Assembly: GCA_965242865.1 (NCBI GenBank) | Contig: CBDETK010000013.1 | Coordinates: forward strand, 4,192,001 to 4,256,000 | DNA from: Candidatus Latescibacterota bacterium | Lineage (GTDB): Bacteria; Latescibacterota; UBA2968; UBA8231 | Reading direction: 5' to 3' | Length of the DNA: 64,000 nucleotides | Part shown: positions 48,185 through 61,157 of the stretch, one piece after another | Numbering within the stretch: the first letter of the stretch is position 1 | Layout of the letters: each line of letters begins with the position of its first letter | The notes under the pieces: model-generated | The model's database searches: none | Seen by the model: only the letters and a program-made list of their open reading frames with translations | Told to the model about the DNA's origin: nothing | Program-made: the position numbers and the translations under genes

Positions 48185-48325
48185 TTCAGGCTTTTTGCTC
48201 TTTGACAATCGAATACAGGTTCACATCAGTTAATTATCAAGGTTTACCGAGTGGAAGTGCTTTATGTGCTTACTGCTCGATACACCGTGATGCACACCTC
48301 TAGTAGTGTTGTGACAGTGATTTTT

Positions 48326-51349
<3,024 letters not shown>

Positions 51350-51429
51350 ATTATTGTCGCAGCAGTACTGGAGTTTTGCATCGCTTTTGGTGTGGGCCTG
51401 TATTCGGTTGTTGAAGAGAATTTGAGTTT

Positions 51430-51545
51430 TCCGGTGGTCATAGCGGAGGGGAAACACCTCTTCCCATTCCGAACAGAGCCGTTAAGCCCTCTTGCGCCGA
51501 TGGTACTGCTGGGGTCGCCTAGTGGGAGAGTAGGACGCCGCCGGA
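51430..51545 (+). rRNA. rrf: 5S ribosomal RNA
   Basis: TCCGGTGG...CCCATTCCGAAC...GCCGATGGTACT...GGGAGAGTAGG...CCGCCGGA. Confidence 0.97.
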
Positions 51546-51560
51546 TTTTTTGTTGTGTTG

Positions 51561-51590
51561 AAGCCCATCCCTTCAGGGGTGGGCTTTTTT
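51561..51590 (+). terminator. rrn terminator
   Basis: AAGCCCATCCC-TTCA-GGGGTGGGCTT followed by a T tract. Confidence 0.88.
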
Positions 51591-51669
51591 GTGTCTTTAT
51601 GGAAATACCTTGACAACGCTAAGGCGGCCCAATTAATTAAGCACTTCTCTTAATTCAGGAGGGGTCAAA

Positions 51670-53739
51670 TTGAGCGAACAAACGAGGAATTTTTCACTGT
51701 GTGGGCATAGCGGCGCGGGTAAAACAGCGCTGTCGGAGGCAATGTTATTCAACATGGGCGTCGTAAACCGCTTGGGACGCATTGACGAGGGGACGACGAC
51801 ATCAGATTGCGATTCGGCCGAGATTGAGCGTCAGATTTCGCTAAAGGTCTCTTTGTTAAATGGCCACTGGCGGGATCACCACCTCAACATAATTGATACG
51901 CCGGGCTATGCAGATTTTATCTCCGAGGCCAAGGCGGCACTGCGCGTGTCCGACGCGGCAGTCGCTGTCGTTGATTCGGTTACCGGAGTAGAGATTGGCA
52001 CCGAGCGGACTTGGAATTTCGCGGCCGATTACGATTTGCCCCGGGTACTATTCATCAACAAGATGGACCGCGCCGATGCGGACGCCGACCAAGCCCTAGA
52101 AATGGTTCAAGAGCGTTTCGGACGCCAAGTCGTGCCTTTGCAAATGGCGGTAAACCCCACTGAGGGATTCAACCATATCGTCGATCTGATTACCATGAGA
52201 GGCTATGCGTACCAAGATGGCAAAGCCACTGAGGGAGACATACCTGCCGAGGTCCAGAGTCGCGCCGAAGAGTTGCGCGAGCAACTGGTAGAATCCATCG
52301 CCGAGACCGACGAAACATTGATGGAGAAGTATTTTAGCGAAGGCGAATTGACCACAGAAGATATGGTAGCGGGCCTGCGCCAAGCCGTGTTACGGCTCGA
52401 AATTTTTCCGGTCTTTTTCGGCGATGCGTACAACAATGTCGGCATTGACCGGCTGCTAGACGCCTTGGTGCAATACGGGCCGTCGCCGGCCGAAGCAGCA
52501 GGACTCAGGTTCCAAAATGGCGAGGAACAAGAGGTTGAGCTCGCAGGGGCCGCTGCCGCGCCCTTGGCTGCTCTGGTGTTCAAGACCTTGGCTGAACAGC
52601 ACGTAGGTGAGCTTTCTCTGCTGCGCCTCTTCTCTGGAGCGATCAAGCCCGGAGACGAAGTAGCCAACTCAAGCAATCGAACCACCGAGCGCATTGGTCA
52701 AATCTATCACCTCAACGGCAACAGGCGGACCGAAGTCGAAAGTGCCGAGGCTGGCGATATCGTCGCCCTAGTCAAACTCAAGGACACCCATACGACCGAT
52801 ACGCTTTGCGCCAAGGGCGAGTCGCTACAACTGCCGGGCATTGAATTCCCCGAGCCGCTAATTCGCGTGGCTATTCACGCCAAGGAGCAGGGCGGTGAGG
52901 ACCGCGTTGCAACCGGGCTTTCTCAGTTGCACGAGGAAGACCCGAGCTTCATCCTGAAATACGATGGCGAGGTCCGCCAAACGATCCTCCTTACCCAAGG
53001 CGAGTTGCATCTGGAAACGATCATTAGTCGCCTGAAAAAGCGCTTTAACGTGGAGATTGACATGGCGGTGCCGCGGATTCCTTATCGAGAAACGATCCGC
53101 GGCAACGCTGATGCGCAATACCGGCACAAGAAGCAGTCGGGCGGACGGGGGCAGTTTGGCGAAGTGTTTCTTCGCATTGCTCCCAAGAGGCGCGGTGAAG
53201 GTTTTGAGTTTCTCAACGAGGTCGTCGGCGGCAATATCCCGAGTAACTTCATCCCTGCGGTAGAAAAGGGCGTCGTCGAGACGCTGGGCCAAGGGCCAGT
53301 GGCCGGCTACCAAGTTATTGATGTGGCTGTTACCGTATACGACGGTAAGCACCACCCGGTAGATTCGGACGAAGTTTCTTTTAAGCTGGCCGGTTCCCAC
53401 GCCTTCAAGGACGCCTTCCTCAAAGCCAAACCGATCCTGCTAGAACCGATTTATCAGCTAGAGATTACAGTGCCCGAGGAATTTATGGGAGACGTAATGG
53501 GCGATCTCTCGTCGCGGCGGGGGCGGATTAGCGGTATGGACGTAGCTGGCCATTTCCAAGTCATCCACGCCGAAGCTCCTTTGGCCGAGATAGACCGTTA
53601 CGCCACGTTGCTGCGCTCAATGACGCAGGGCAAGGGGTTCCACGCGCAGCGATTCGACCGCTACGAGGACGTACCTGGGGACATCATGGCTAAAATCGTC
53701 GAGAATTCGCAGAAAGACAAAGGCAAAGAAGCAGCGTAA
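51670..53739 (+). CDS. fusA: Elongation factor G paralogue (EF-G2-like)
   Basis: GHSGAGKT, DTPG, NKMD, GELHLE, KKQSGGRGQ; switch I RQISL rather than RGITI; outside the str operon. Confidence 0.93.
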   Translation: MSEQTRNFSLCGHSGAGKTALSEAMLFNMGVVNRLGRIDEGTTTSDCDSAEIERQISLKVSLLNGHWRDHHLNIIDTPGYADFISEAKAALRVSDAAVAVVDSVTGVEIGTERTWNFAADYDLPRVLFINKMDRADADADQALEMVQERFGRQVVPLQMAVNPTEGFNHIVDLITMRGYAYQDGKATEGDIPAEVQSRAEELREQLVESIAETDETLMEKYFSEGELTTEDMVAGLRQAVLRLEIFPVFFGDAYNNVGIDRLLDALVQYGPSPAEAAGLRFQNGEEQEVELAGAAAAPLAALVFKTLAEQHVGELSLLRLFSGAIKPGDEVANSSNRTTERIGQIYHLNGNRRTEVESAEAGDIVALVKLKDTHTTDTLCAKGESLQLPGIEFPEPLIRVAIHAKEQGGEDRVATGLSQLHEEDPSFILKYDGEVRQTILLTQGELHLETIISRLKKRFNVEIDMAVPRIPYRETIRGNADAQYRHKKQSGGRGQFGEVFLRIAPKRRGEGFEFLNEVVGGNIPSNFIPAVEKGVVETLGQGPVAGYQVIDVAVTVYDGKHHPVDSDEVSFKLAGSHAFKDAFLKAKPILLEPIYQLEITVPEEFMGDVMGDLSSRRGRISGMDVAGHFQVIHAEAPLAEIDRYATLLRSMTQGKGFHAQRFDRYEDVPGDIMAKIVENSQKDKGKEAA

Positions 53740-53921
53740 GCGACTTGCTGTTACTCGTTGTGAAGGGCGGTCGGCCAAGCGGTCGGCGGCCCTTTGTTTT
53801 TTGGGTTGCGTGGGTTTTTTTATCTTAATATCGTCATTAGAAACCAGCCCGTTTGCCCCGAGCCATGCTTCTGCTTTGAGCAGTGGGGGCGAGTGCGGCG
53901 ATTGACGAGGAGACAAAGCCG

Positions 53922-54680
53922 ATGTCCGGCCACTCCAAATGGAGTACAATCAAGCGCAAAAAAGGTGCTAACGACGCCAAGCGCGGCAAGGTCTTTACAA
54001 AGCTGATCCGCGAGCTTTCAGTGGCTGCCCGCAGCGGCGGCGATGAGGCGACCAACCCCAGTCTGCGCACGGCAGTCCAGAATGCCAAAGCGGCCAATAT
54101 GCCCGCGGCAACAATTGAGCGCGCCATACGCCGCGGCACGGGCGACGAGCCGGGGGTGATATACGAGGAGGGCCTCTTTGAAGGCTATGGCCCCGGTGGG
54201 GTGGCCATCATGGTCGAAACCCTGTCGGACAACCGCAACCGCACGGTTTCCGAAATCCGCCACGTATTCACCAAATACAACGGCAACCTCGCCGAGAGTG
54301 GAGCGGTCGCTTGGATGTTTGAACACAAGGGCCTTATCGAAGTAGATAAGGCCGCTGTTTCCGAAGACGACCTCCTATTGGCAGTCGTAGATGCGGGGGG
54401 CGAGGACATGCAGGACGGCGGCCAAGTCCACGAAGTAATGACCCCGGTTGCCGGCTTGGAGCCGGTTAAAAAGGCACTGGAGGACAGCGGCATTGCCTTG
54501 GCCCAAGCGACATTGGCTTGGCTGCCCAAAAGCGAAAATGTGCTCGAAGTACGAGGCGAAGAGGCCGAGAAAATCATTCGCCTCATTGAGGCGTTGGAAG
54601 ATATAGATGACGTACAGAAGGTTTTTTCCAATTTCGATCTCCAAGAAGACGAGCTCGAAAAACTTATAGCTCAGGCCTAG
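53922..54680 (+). CDS. yebC: YebC/PmpR family protein
   Basis: MSGHSKWSTIKRKK, EGYGPGGVA, DNRNRT, DDVQKVFSN. Confidence 0.96.
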   Translation: MSGHSKWSTIKRKKGANDAKRGKVFTKLIRELSVAARSGGDEATNPSLRTAVQNAKAANMPAATIERAIRRGTGDEPGVIYEEGLFEGYGPGGVAIMVETLSDNRNRTVSEIRHVFTKYNGNLAESGAVAWMFEHKGLIEVDKAAVSEDDLLLAVVDAGGEDMQDGGQVHEVMTPVAGLEPVKKALEDSGIALAQATLAWLPKSENVLEVRGEEAEKIIRLIEALEDIDDVQKVFSNFDLQEDELEKLIAQA

Positions 54681-54692
54681 GGAGGCTTCGCT

Positions 54693-55232
54693 TTGCTCGT
54701 CCTTGGCGTAGATCCTAGCAGCACGAGCACTGGCTACGGCTTGGTCGAATACAGCAAGCGCAAGGCCCGCTATGTTGCCTGTGGCTGTATCCGCCCTCGG
54801 GACAGTGAGTTTGAGGATCGGCTGGTTTACATGTTTGACGAGATGACGCGGCTCATCCGCGAATACGCCCCAGACGAGGGCGCGCTCGAAACCACCTTCT
54901 TCGGCAAAGACGCCAAAGCGGTGGCCAAGCTGGGCCAAGCGAGAGGGGCCTTGATCATCGCCATGCGCAAAGCCGGCTTGTCCATTGCCGACTACGCGCC
55001 GACGATGGTTAAAAGATCGGTGACCGGGAATGGCCAAGCCACCAAGCAACAGGTCCAGTTCATGGTAGCCCGCACCTTGGGTCTGAAAGAACGGCCCAAG
55101 CCCTTTGATGCGTCAGACGCCTTGGCCATCGCGCTATGCCACACTCAGCAGTCCGGCCGGGTTTTATGCGAGGGCCGAGGGCAGCGCAAGCCCGAGGTAG
55201 AAGCCTTGCTCAGCCGCATGGTCCGGCGTTAG
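54693..55232 (+). CDS. ruvC: Holliday junction resolvase
   Basis: LGVDP, TGYG, LGQARG, VTGNGQATKQQV, DASDALAIALCH. Confidence 0.96.
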   Translation: MLVLGVDPSSTSTGYGLVEYSKRKARYVACGCIRPRDSEFEDRLVYMFDEMTRLIREYAPDEGALETTFFGKDAKAVAKLGQARGALIIAMRKAGLSIADYAPTMVKRSVTGNGQATKQQVQFMVARTLGLKERPKPFDASDALAIALCHTQQSGRVLCEGRGQRKPEVEALLSRMVRR

Positions 55233-55239
55233 GTAAATC

Positions 55240-55830
55240 GTGATAACCCATCTGCGCGGAACACTCCAGTCTAAATCACCGACCCATGCCGTCGTCGACG
55301 TTGGGGGCGTGGGGTATGGCTTGGCCATATCCCTGATAACTTTTGACCAACTCCCCCAAGCCTCTGAGGCGGTCCATTTATCTACCTATCTCCACGTGCG
55401 CGAAGACCGCATGGAGCTTTTTGGCTTTGCCGATGAGGAAGAGCGGGCGGTCTTCGAGTTGCTGATCGGGGTTTCGGGCATCGGCCCTCACTCGGCGTTG
55501 ACCGTGCTGTCGGGCATGACCCTGCGCGATTTGCAGGAGGCCATCTTACAGGAGCGCGTAGCCGAATTGACGGCGATCAAGGGCATTGGTCGCAAGACTG
55601 CGGAACGCTTGGTGCTCGACCTAAAGGACAAGATCCGCGTGAGTGTCCCGGCGGCTGGCGAAGCGCCCTTGGAGGCCAAACCCGACGCGAGCGAGGAGAC
55701 GGCAAAGGCACTGATGTCGTTGGGATACGCCGCGCCTGCTGCTCGCCAAGCGGTGCGCAAGGCCGTCGAAAAGCACGGCACGGACCTCAGTGTGGCACAG
55801 CTAATCAGACTGGCTCTCAGGGAGCGCTGA
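55240..55830 (+). CDS. ruvA: Holliday junction DNA-binding subunit
   Basis: DVGGVGY, HVRED..LFGF, HhH motifs VSGIGP and IKGIGRKTAER. Confidence 0.96.
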   Translation: MITHLRGTLQSKSPTHAVVDVGGVGYGLAISLITFDQLPQASEAVHLSTYLHVREDRMELFGFADEEERAVFELLIGVSGIGPHSALTVLSGMTLRDLQEAILQERVAELTAIKGIGRKTAERLVLDLKDKIRVSVPAAGEAPLEAKPDASEETAKALMSLGYAAPAARQAVRKAVEKHGTDLSVAQLIRLALRER

Positions 55831-55840
55831 AAGCTCGGCT

Positions 55841-56866
55841 ATGGACCATCGCCCCATCGATCCTCGCAGCGGAGACGACGACCTTCAGTTCGACAATACG
55901 CTGCGTCCCCAGTCTCTTGCCGAGATGCTGGGTCAAGACAAGACCAAGCAGCAGCTAGGCATTGCCATTAAAGCCGCTCGGCAGCGCGGCGAAGCCATGG
56001 ATCACGTGCTGCTATACGGTCCGCCGGGTCTGGGCAAGACCACGCTTGCTTATGTGGTCGCCAAAGAGCTCGGCGTTGAAATCTATCCCACTTCAGGGCC
56101 GTTGCTCGAGCGTCCGAGCGACTTGGCTGGCATGCTCACCACCATGGAGCCCCGCGACGTGCTCTTTATCGACGAGGTTCACCGCGTCAACCGCGTGGTT
56201 GAGGAATACCTGTACTCGGCGATGGAGGACTTCAAAATTGACATCATCATCGACCAAGGCCCGGCGGCCCGCTCGGTCAGCGTACCGCTGGAGCCTTTCA
56301 CCCTAATCGGGGCCACGACGCGCCAGGGCTTATTGACCTCGCCGATGCGGGCGCGCTTTGGGCTCACCGCCCACCTCGACTACTACTCGGTCGCCGAGCT
56401 CGCCGCGATTGTCAAGCGCGACGCTCGGTTGCTGAGTTTATCGGTCTCCGAGTCGGGCGCGATGGAAATTGCCCGTCGCTCTCGCGGCACAGCGCGGATT
56501 GCCAAGCGCTTGCTGCGCCGAGCGCGCGATTTTGCCCAAGTGAAAGGCGAAGGCGCGATCGACGCCGAAGTGGTGCAAAAGGCACTCGTCATCGAAGATG
56601 TCGATGAGATGGGGCTCGACAAAATGGATATTGCGTTGCTGCGGGCCATTATTGAAAAATTCAACGGCGGCCCGGTCGGCCTGAGCAATTTAGCGGCCAC
56701 AATCGGCGAGGAGGCCGAGACCATCGAGGAAGTGGCCGAGCCTTATTTGATCAAGGAAGGGTTTGTTAAGCGCACCCCCAAGGGCCGCATGGCCATGCCG
56801 CGAGCTTGGGAACGCCTCGGCCTCAAGCCACCGCCCAGCTCCGGCGAGCAGTTGGGGCTGCTATGA
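55841..56866 (+). CDS. ruvB: Holliday junction helicase
   Basis: LRP, GPPGLGKTTLA, FIDEVHR, GATTR, RGTARIA, GGPVG, EPYL. Confidence 0.97.
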   Translation: MDHRPIDPRSGDDDLQFDNTLRPQSLAEMLGQDKTKQQLGIAIKAARQRGEAMDHVLLYGPPGLGKTTLAYVVAKELGVEIYPTSGPLLERPSDLAGMLTTMEPRDVLFIDEVHRVNRVVEEYLYSAMEDFKIDIIIDQGPAARSVSVPLEPFTLIGATTRQGLLTSPMRARFGLTAHLDYYSVAELAAIVKRDARLLSLSVSESGAMEIARRSRGTARIAKRLLRRARDFAQVKGEGAIDAEVVQKALVIEDVDEMGLDKMDIALLRAIIEKFNGGPVGLSNLAATIGEEAETIEEVAEPYLIKEGFVKRTPKGRMAMPRAWERLGLKPPPSSGEQLGLL

Positions 56867-57561
56867 GCGCGTCCGGCCGCGACGCGATTCTGGCGTTGGA
56901 CACGGCCACCGAGGTCGGTAGCGTGGCACTCTGCACGGTAGGCGGGATCGTCGTCAGCCGCTATTTCAATGTGGGATTGCAACATTCACAGTGGCTGTTC
57001 GGGGAGGTGGAAGCCGCACTAGAGGCCGCAGACATGGCGGTCGGGGCCGTGCGGGCCATAGCGGTCGCGATTGGGCCGGGGTCGTTTACCGGGCTGCGGA
57101 TCGGGCTGAGCGCAGCGAAGGGCTTGTGTTTAGCCGTGGCCAAGGACCTAGTGGTCGTTTCAACGCTCGAAGCACTCGCTGCTCGCCTGCCCTTTGCTCG
57201 CCTGCCCGTCTGTGCGGTCCTCGACGCACGCCGGCGCGAGGTCTATGCCGCTCTCTACGACACGACGACCGGCGTTCCAGTCGAATTAGCACCGCCCCGG
57301 GCCATCGCGCCCGCGCAGTTGGCCCAAGAGCGCGCCGGCGCAGCGACGATTTACACCGGTGCCGGCGCCACGGCCTATCGCGAGCTATTGGCGGACCACT
57401 CGGCCGCGCAATTCGCGCCCCTACCCTGCGCCCGCCCCCACGCCGAGACGATTGCTTGGCTGGCGTGGTCCAAGCTGGCGAAGGGCCAGACTGCGGACTT
57501 GGATTCAGTCGAACCCGCGTACTTGCGCTCGCCCGACGCTCGTCCTCTAGCGCGGGCATGA
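56863..57561 (+). CDS. tsaB: t6A biosynthesis protein TsaB
   Basis: LALDTAT, GPGSFTGLRIG, DARRREVY, EP.YLR. Confidence 0.95.
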   Translation: MSASGRDAILALDTATEVGSVALCTVGGIVVSRYFNVGLQHSQWLFGEVEAALEAADMAVGAVRAIAVAIGPGSFTGLRIGLSAAKGLCLAVAKDLVVVSTLEALAARLPFARLPVCAVLDARRREVYAALYDTTTGVPVELAPPRAIAPAQLAQERAGAATIYTGAGATAYRELLADHSAAQFAPLPCARPHAETIAWLAWSKLAKGQTADLDSVEPAYLRSPDARPLARA

Positions 57562-58013
57562 GCGGCGAGCACCGCTTCGTTCCGCTCGCGCCGATCCACT
57601 TACATCGCTTGATGGAGATTGAGCAACGCTCTTTTGCCAATCCGTGGAGCGAGGCTGACTTTTGCTATTTACTTGCCGACAGAGCGGCCCTGTGTTTGGG
57701 GGTTTTGCACCGCGGCGAGCTGGTCGGCTACGCGCTCGGCTATCTCGCCGGCCGCGATTTTCACCTCGCCAACCTCGCGGTGGAGCCGGCGTGTCGGAAT
57801 CGGGGCTGGGCTGGGCAGTTGTTGGGGCGGATATTGCGCTTGGCCGCAGCGCAGGGCGCTCGTTGTTGCGCGCTCGAAGTGCGTGCGGCAAATCAGGCCG
57901 CCCGGGCGCTCTATCGCAAGGCGGGGTTCCGGGTCGTAGGGCGGCGGCCGGCGTACTACCGAGCACCGCCGGACGACGCCATCCTAATGGAATGCAACAT
58001 AGAGATTTTGTAA
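57558..58013 (+). CDS. rimI: Ribosomal-protein N-acetyltransferase RimI (GNAT)
   Basis: IEQRSF.NPW, NLAV.P..R.RG, LEVRAAN..A..LY.K.GF...G.R..YY...DA..M. Confidence 0.9.
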   Translation: MSGEHRFVPLAPIHLHRLMEIEQRSFANPWSEADFCYLLADRAALCLGVLHRGELVGYALGYLAGRDFHLANLAVEPACRNRGWAGQLLGRILRLAAAQGARCCALEVRAANQAARALYRKAGFRVVGRRPAYYRAPPDDAILMECNIEIL

Positions 58014-58075
58014 TTTATTTATTATACTCTTAACCCCTGCAAAGCTCATATAGTAAACAGTAGAAGAGGGACGCG

Positions 58076-59185
58076 ATGGCCGAAGTAATTCTGAAGAATG
58101 TCCGCAAGGTGTACGACAAAGATGTGGTGGCGGTAGAAAACGCCAATATCGAGATCAAGGACCGCGAATTCGTGGTGCTAGTCGGCCCTTCGGGCTGTGG
58201 CAAGTCCACGACGCTGCGGATGATTGCCGGGCTCGAAGAAATCACGGCCGGCGAGATTTCAATAGACGGGACGGTCGTCAACGATGTGCCCCCCAAAGAC
58301 CGCGACATCGCCATGGTCTTCCAAAACTACGCCCTCTATCCTCACATGAACGTCTATCAAAACATGGCCTTTGGGCTCAAGCTGCGGAAATATCCCAAAG
58401 ACGAGATTGAGGCGCGGGTGCAAGAAGCGGCCGATATACTCGGCATCCAAGACTTGCTAGAGCGCAAGCCCAAAGCGCTTTCGGGCGGCCAGCGCCAGCG
58501 CGTGGCGGTGGGGCGCGCCATCGTCCGCAAGCCCAAGGTATTCCTCTTTGACGAACCGCTCTCCAACCTCGACGCGAAGCTACGGGTGCAGATGCGCACC
58601 GAGATCAGTAAATTGCACACCCGCCTAGAGGCCACCATGGTGTACGTGACGCACGACCAAGTCGAGGCCATGACCATGGGAGACCGCATTGTGGTCATGC
58701 GCGATGGCCTAATCCAGCAGATCGACAAGCCTCTCCACCTCTACAACAAACCCGTCAACCAGTTCGTCGCCGGCTTTATCGGCAGCCCCTCCATGAACTT
58801 CATCCGCGGCAAGCTGGCCGCCAACGGCAGCGGTCTGGTCTTTGACGAAGGCAGTATGCAGCTCGCCCTGCCCACCGCCCGCGGCGACCAGCTAGGCCGC
58901 TACTTGGGTCGGGAAGTGACGTTGGGCATCCGCCCGGAAGACATCCACGACCCAGATACCATTGGTCGCAATGTCGAGACGGTCGAAATTGCGGCCAAAG
59001 TCGAAGTGGTCGAACCCATGGGCAACGAAGTGTTCCTCAACCTAACCACCGGCAAAACCGCTTTTGTCGCCCGCGTGGATCCGCTCCACATGCCGCAGGT
59101 CGATCAAACGGTGCGGTTGGCTGTCGAGATAGACAAAGCCCACTTTTTTGCGCTGGACAACCAAGAGAGTCTGTTGCAGAAATAG
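58076..59185 (+). CDS. Sugar ABC transporter ATPase, MsmX/MalK/UgpC family
   Basis: GPSGCGKST, VFQNYALYPH, LSGGQRQR, DEPLSNLDAKLR, C-terminal TOBE domain. Confidence 0.95.
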   Translation: MAEVILKNVRKVYDKDVVAVENANIEIKDREFVVLVGPSGCGKSTTLRMIAGLEEITAGEISIDGTVVNDVPPKDRDIAMVFQNYALYPHMNVYQNMAFGLKLRKYPKDEIEARVQEAADILGIQDLLERKPKALSGGQRQRVAVGRAIVRKPKVFLFDEPLSNLDAKLRVQMRTEISKLHTRLEATMVYVTHDQVEAMTMGDRIVVMRDGLIQQIDKPLHLYNKPVNQFVAGFIGSPSMNFIRGKLAANGSGLVFDEGSMQLALPTARGDQLGRYLGREVTLGIRPEDIHDPDTIGRNVETVEIAAKVEVVEPMGNEVFLNLTTGKTAFVARVDPLHMPQVDQTVRLAVEIDKAHFFALDNQESLLQK

Positions 59186-59193
59186 GAATTGGC

Positions 59194-60336
59194 TTGCACG
59201 GCACGAGCGGCACCCCGCACTCCGGGGAGTTTAGCGGTCTGGCTCGTCGAGATCGGGCTGGGGCCGTGGCCGCAGCGTGGCTCGAATCGGGCCGCATTCC
59301 CCACGCGGTTCTCATCTGCGGCCCCGAGGGCATCGGCAAACGGAGCTTTGCGATCGCGTGGGCGCAAGCCCTGTTATGCACTGGTAGCGGCCCTGCGGCC
59401 TGCAACCGCTGCCCGAGCTGCCGCAAGATCGCCTCGTTCATGCACCCCGACCTCCACACCGCATTGCCGCGCCCGCCGCGCCGCGAAGACAAGCAAAAGC
59501 CTGCGCTGGCGGACTTGCGCGAATTCGTAGTGGAGTACGTCCGCGGCGCGCCCGCCGCGCTGCCCAGCAATGCCAATATCGCGGTTGATCACCTGCGCCA
59601 GTTGCAAAAAGAATTGGCGTTTGCGCCGACCGAATCGCCGCGCAAAGTCGGCCTGATCTTCGCGGCCGAGCGGATGCTCCCGGCCGGCGCCAATTCGCTG
59701 CTCAAGCTGTTGGAAGAGCCACCGGCCCGGGCCGTTGTCGTGCTGGTTTCGGCAGCGCCCAAGCGCCTCCTGCCCACCGTGCTCTCGCGCTGTCAGCGCA
59801 TGATTTTGAGTCCCTTAGATCCCGCGACCTTGCGGGCGCAGCTCGAACAGGAGGGCATAGCCGAGGACCGCTTAGAGCTTGCCGTGCGCATGGGCGCGGG
59901 TTCATTGCAGCAGGCCAAAGAGGTGGCGGCTGGGGAGTTCGACGGAACGCGGCGGTTGGTCGAGTCGTTTCTCACCGGCGGCTCAGAGCAACGCGACGAG
60001 GTGTATTGGAGCGTCCTCGAGGAATTGGGGCGAGACCGGGGCCAGCTAGAGCGTTTTTTGCAAGTCTGCGGCCTGTATCTGCGCGATCTCTTCCTGCTGG
60101 CGCACGGCCACGCCGCGTCGGTCGTCCAAGTCGATCGGCGTCCTTACCTAGAAAACCTGCTAGAGAAAATAGACGCGGCCCAAGCGGCCTTGGAAATCGA
60201 CCGCGCGGCCGCGACCTTGGGGCACAACGCCAACCCGCAGTTGGTGCTGACCGACCTGTGGCGCGGCTTGCGCCGCCCAGGCTCCGCGCGGACGCCGCCG
60301 CCCGACCCCAGCTCGGCGAGGATGCGGCGTTGGTAA
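59194..60336 (+). CDS. holB: DNA polymerase III delta' subunit
   Basis: HAVL..GP.GIGK, C...CNRC.SC zinc module, HPD, ANSLLKLLEEPP, LPTVLSRC. Confidence 0.9.
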   Translation: MHGTSGTPHSGEFSGLARRDRAGAVAAAWLESGRIPHAVLICGPEGIGKRSFAIAWAQALLCTGSGPAACNRCPSCRKIASFMHPDLHTALPRPPRREDKQKPALADLREFVVEYVRGAPAALPSNANIAVDHLRQLQKELAFAPTESPRKVGLIFAAERMLPAGANSLLKLLEEPPARAVVVLVSAAPKRLLPTVLSRCQRMILSPLDPATLRAQLEQEGIAEDRLELAVRMGAGSLQQAKEVAAGEFDGTRRLVESFLTGGSEQRDEVYWSVLEELGRDRGQLERFLQVCGLYLRDLFLLAHGHAASVVQVDRRPYLENLLEKIDAAQAALEIDRAAATLGHNANPQLVLTDLWRGLRRPGSARTPPPDPSSARMRRW

Positions 60337-61157
60337 ATGTGCATCGACCGCGGCCGCGCTTTGCCCAGCACTTCCTCGTCGCCCGAGAAGTTATAGAGGC
60401 CATGGCGGGGCTGGTGCGCCCGGCCGCCGGCGAGGTGGTCGTCGAGATCGGCCCGGGTCGAGGGGCGTTGACCGAGGGGCTGCTCTCCTTGGTGGATCGC
60501 CTCGTGGCCGTAGAAATCGACCGCGACTTGGCGGCCTTGCTGCGGGCGCGCCCAGACGCGAGTAGGCTAGACCTGATCGAAGGAGATATTCTACACGTCG
60601 ATCTTGGGGAGGTCTTGCGGGCGGCGGGCGGCGGGCGGCTGCTGATCGTCGGCAATCTTCCCTACAACATCACCGCTCCGCTGCTCTTTCACCTCCTCGC
60701 CCACGCCGATTGCATCAGCCGGGCCATCGTCATGGTCCAACGCGAAGTGGCTCAGCGTTTAGCCGCCGGTCCCGGCTCAAAGGAGTACAGCCTGTTGTCG
60801 GTATTGGTGGCCCTGCGCGCCCAAGTGGAAACGCGCTTGCAGGTGGGACGCGCTTGCTTCCGCCCCGTACCGGCGGTGGATTCGTCCGTAGTTGAGTTGC
60901 GCTTTGCTCCCCAGCTCCGCTACCCAGTAGAGGACGTGAACGAGTTAGACCGCTTGGTGCGCCGAGCCTTTGGCCAGCGGCGCAAGATGCTGCGCAATTC
61001 GCTCCTCGGCCTCCATCCCGGCGGTGGGCGGCCTTGGCTCGAAGCGGTGGGCCAACAGGCCGGCATCGAACTAACGCGCCGCCCGGAGGAATTGTCGATA
61101 GAGGAATTCATCCGGCTGAGCGACGCCTGCTCGCGCTTAAAAAGGGAAAGACCGTGA
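60330..61157 (+). CDS. rsmA: 16S rRNA adenine dimethyltransferase KsgA
   Basis: QHFL, EIGPGRGALT, EID, GNLPYNIT, MVQREVA, F.P.P.VDS, F.QRRKMLRN. Start TTG 60330 or GTG 60339. Confidence 0.95.
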   Translation: MVNVHRPRPRFAQHFLVAREVIEAMAGLVRPAAGEVVVEIGPGRGALTEGLLSLVDRLVAVEIDRDLAALLRARPDASRLDLIEGDILHVDLGEVLRAAGGGRLLIVGNLPYNITAPLLFHLLAHADCISRAIVMVQREVAQRLAAGPGSKEYSLLSVLVALRAQVETRLQVGRACFRPVPAVDSSVVELRFAPQLRYPVEDVNELDRLVRRAFGQRRKMLRNSLLGLHPGGGRPWLEAVGQQAGIELTRRPEELSIEEFIRLSDACSRLKRERP

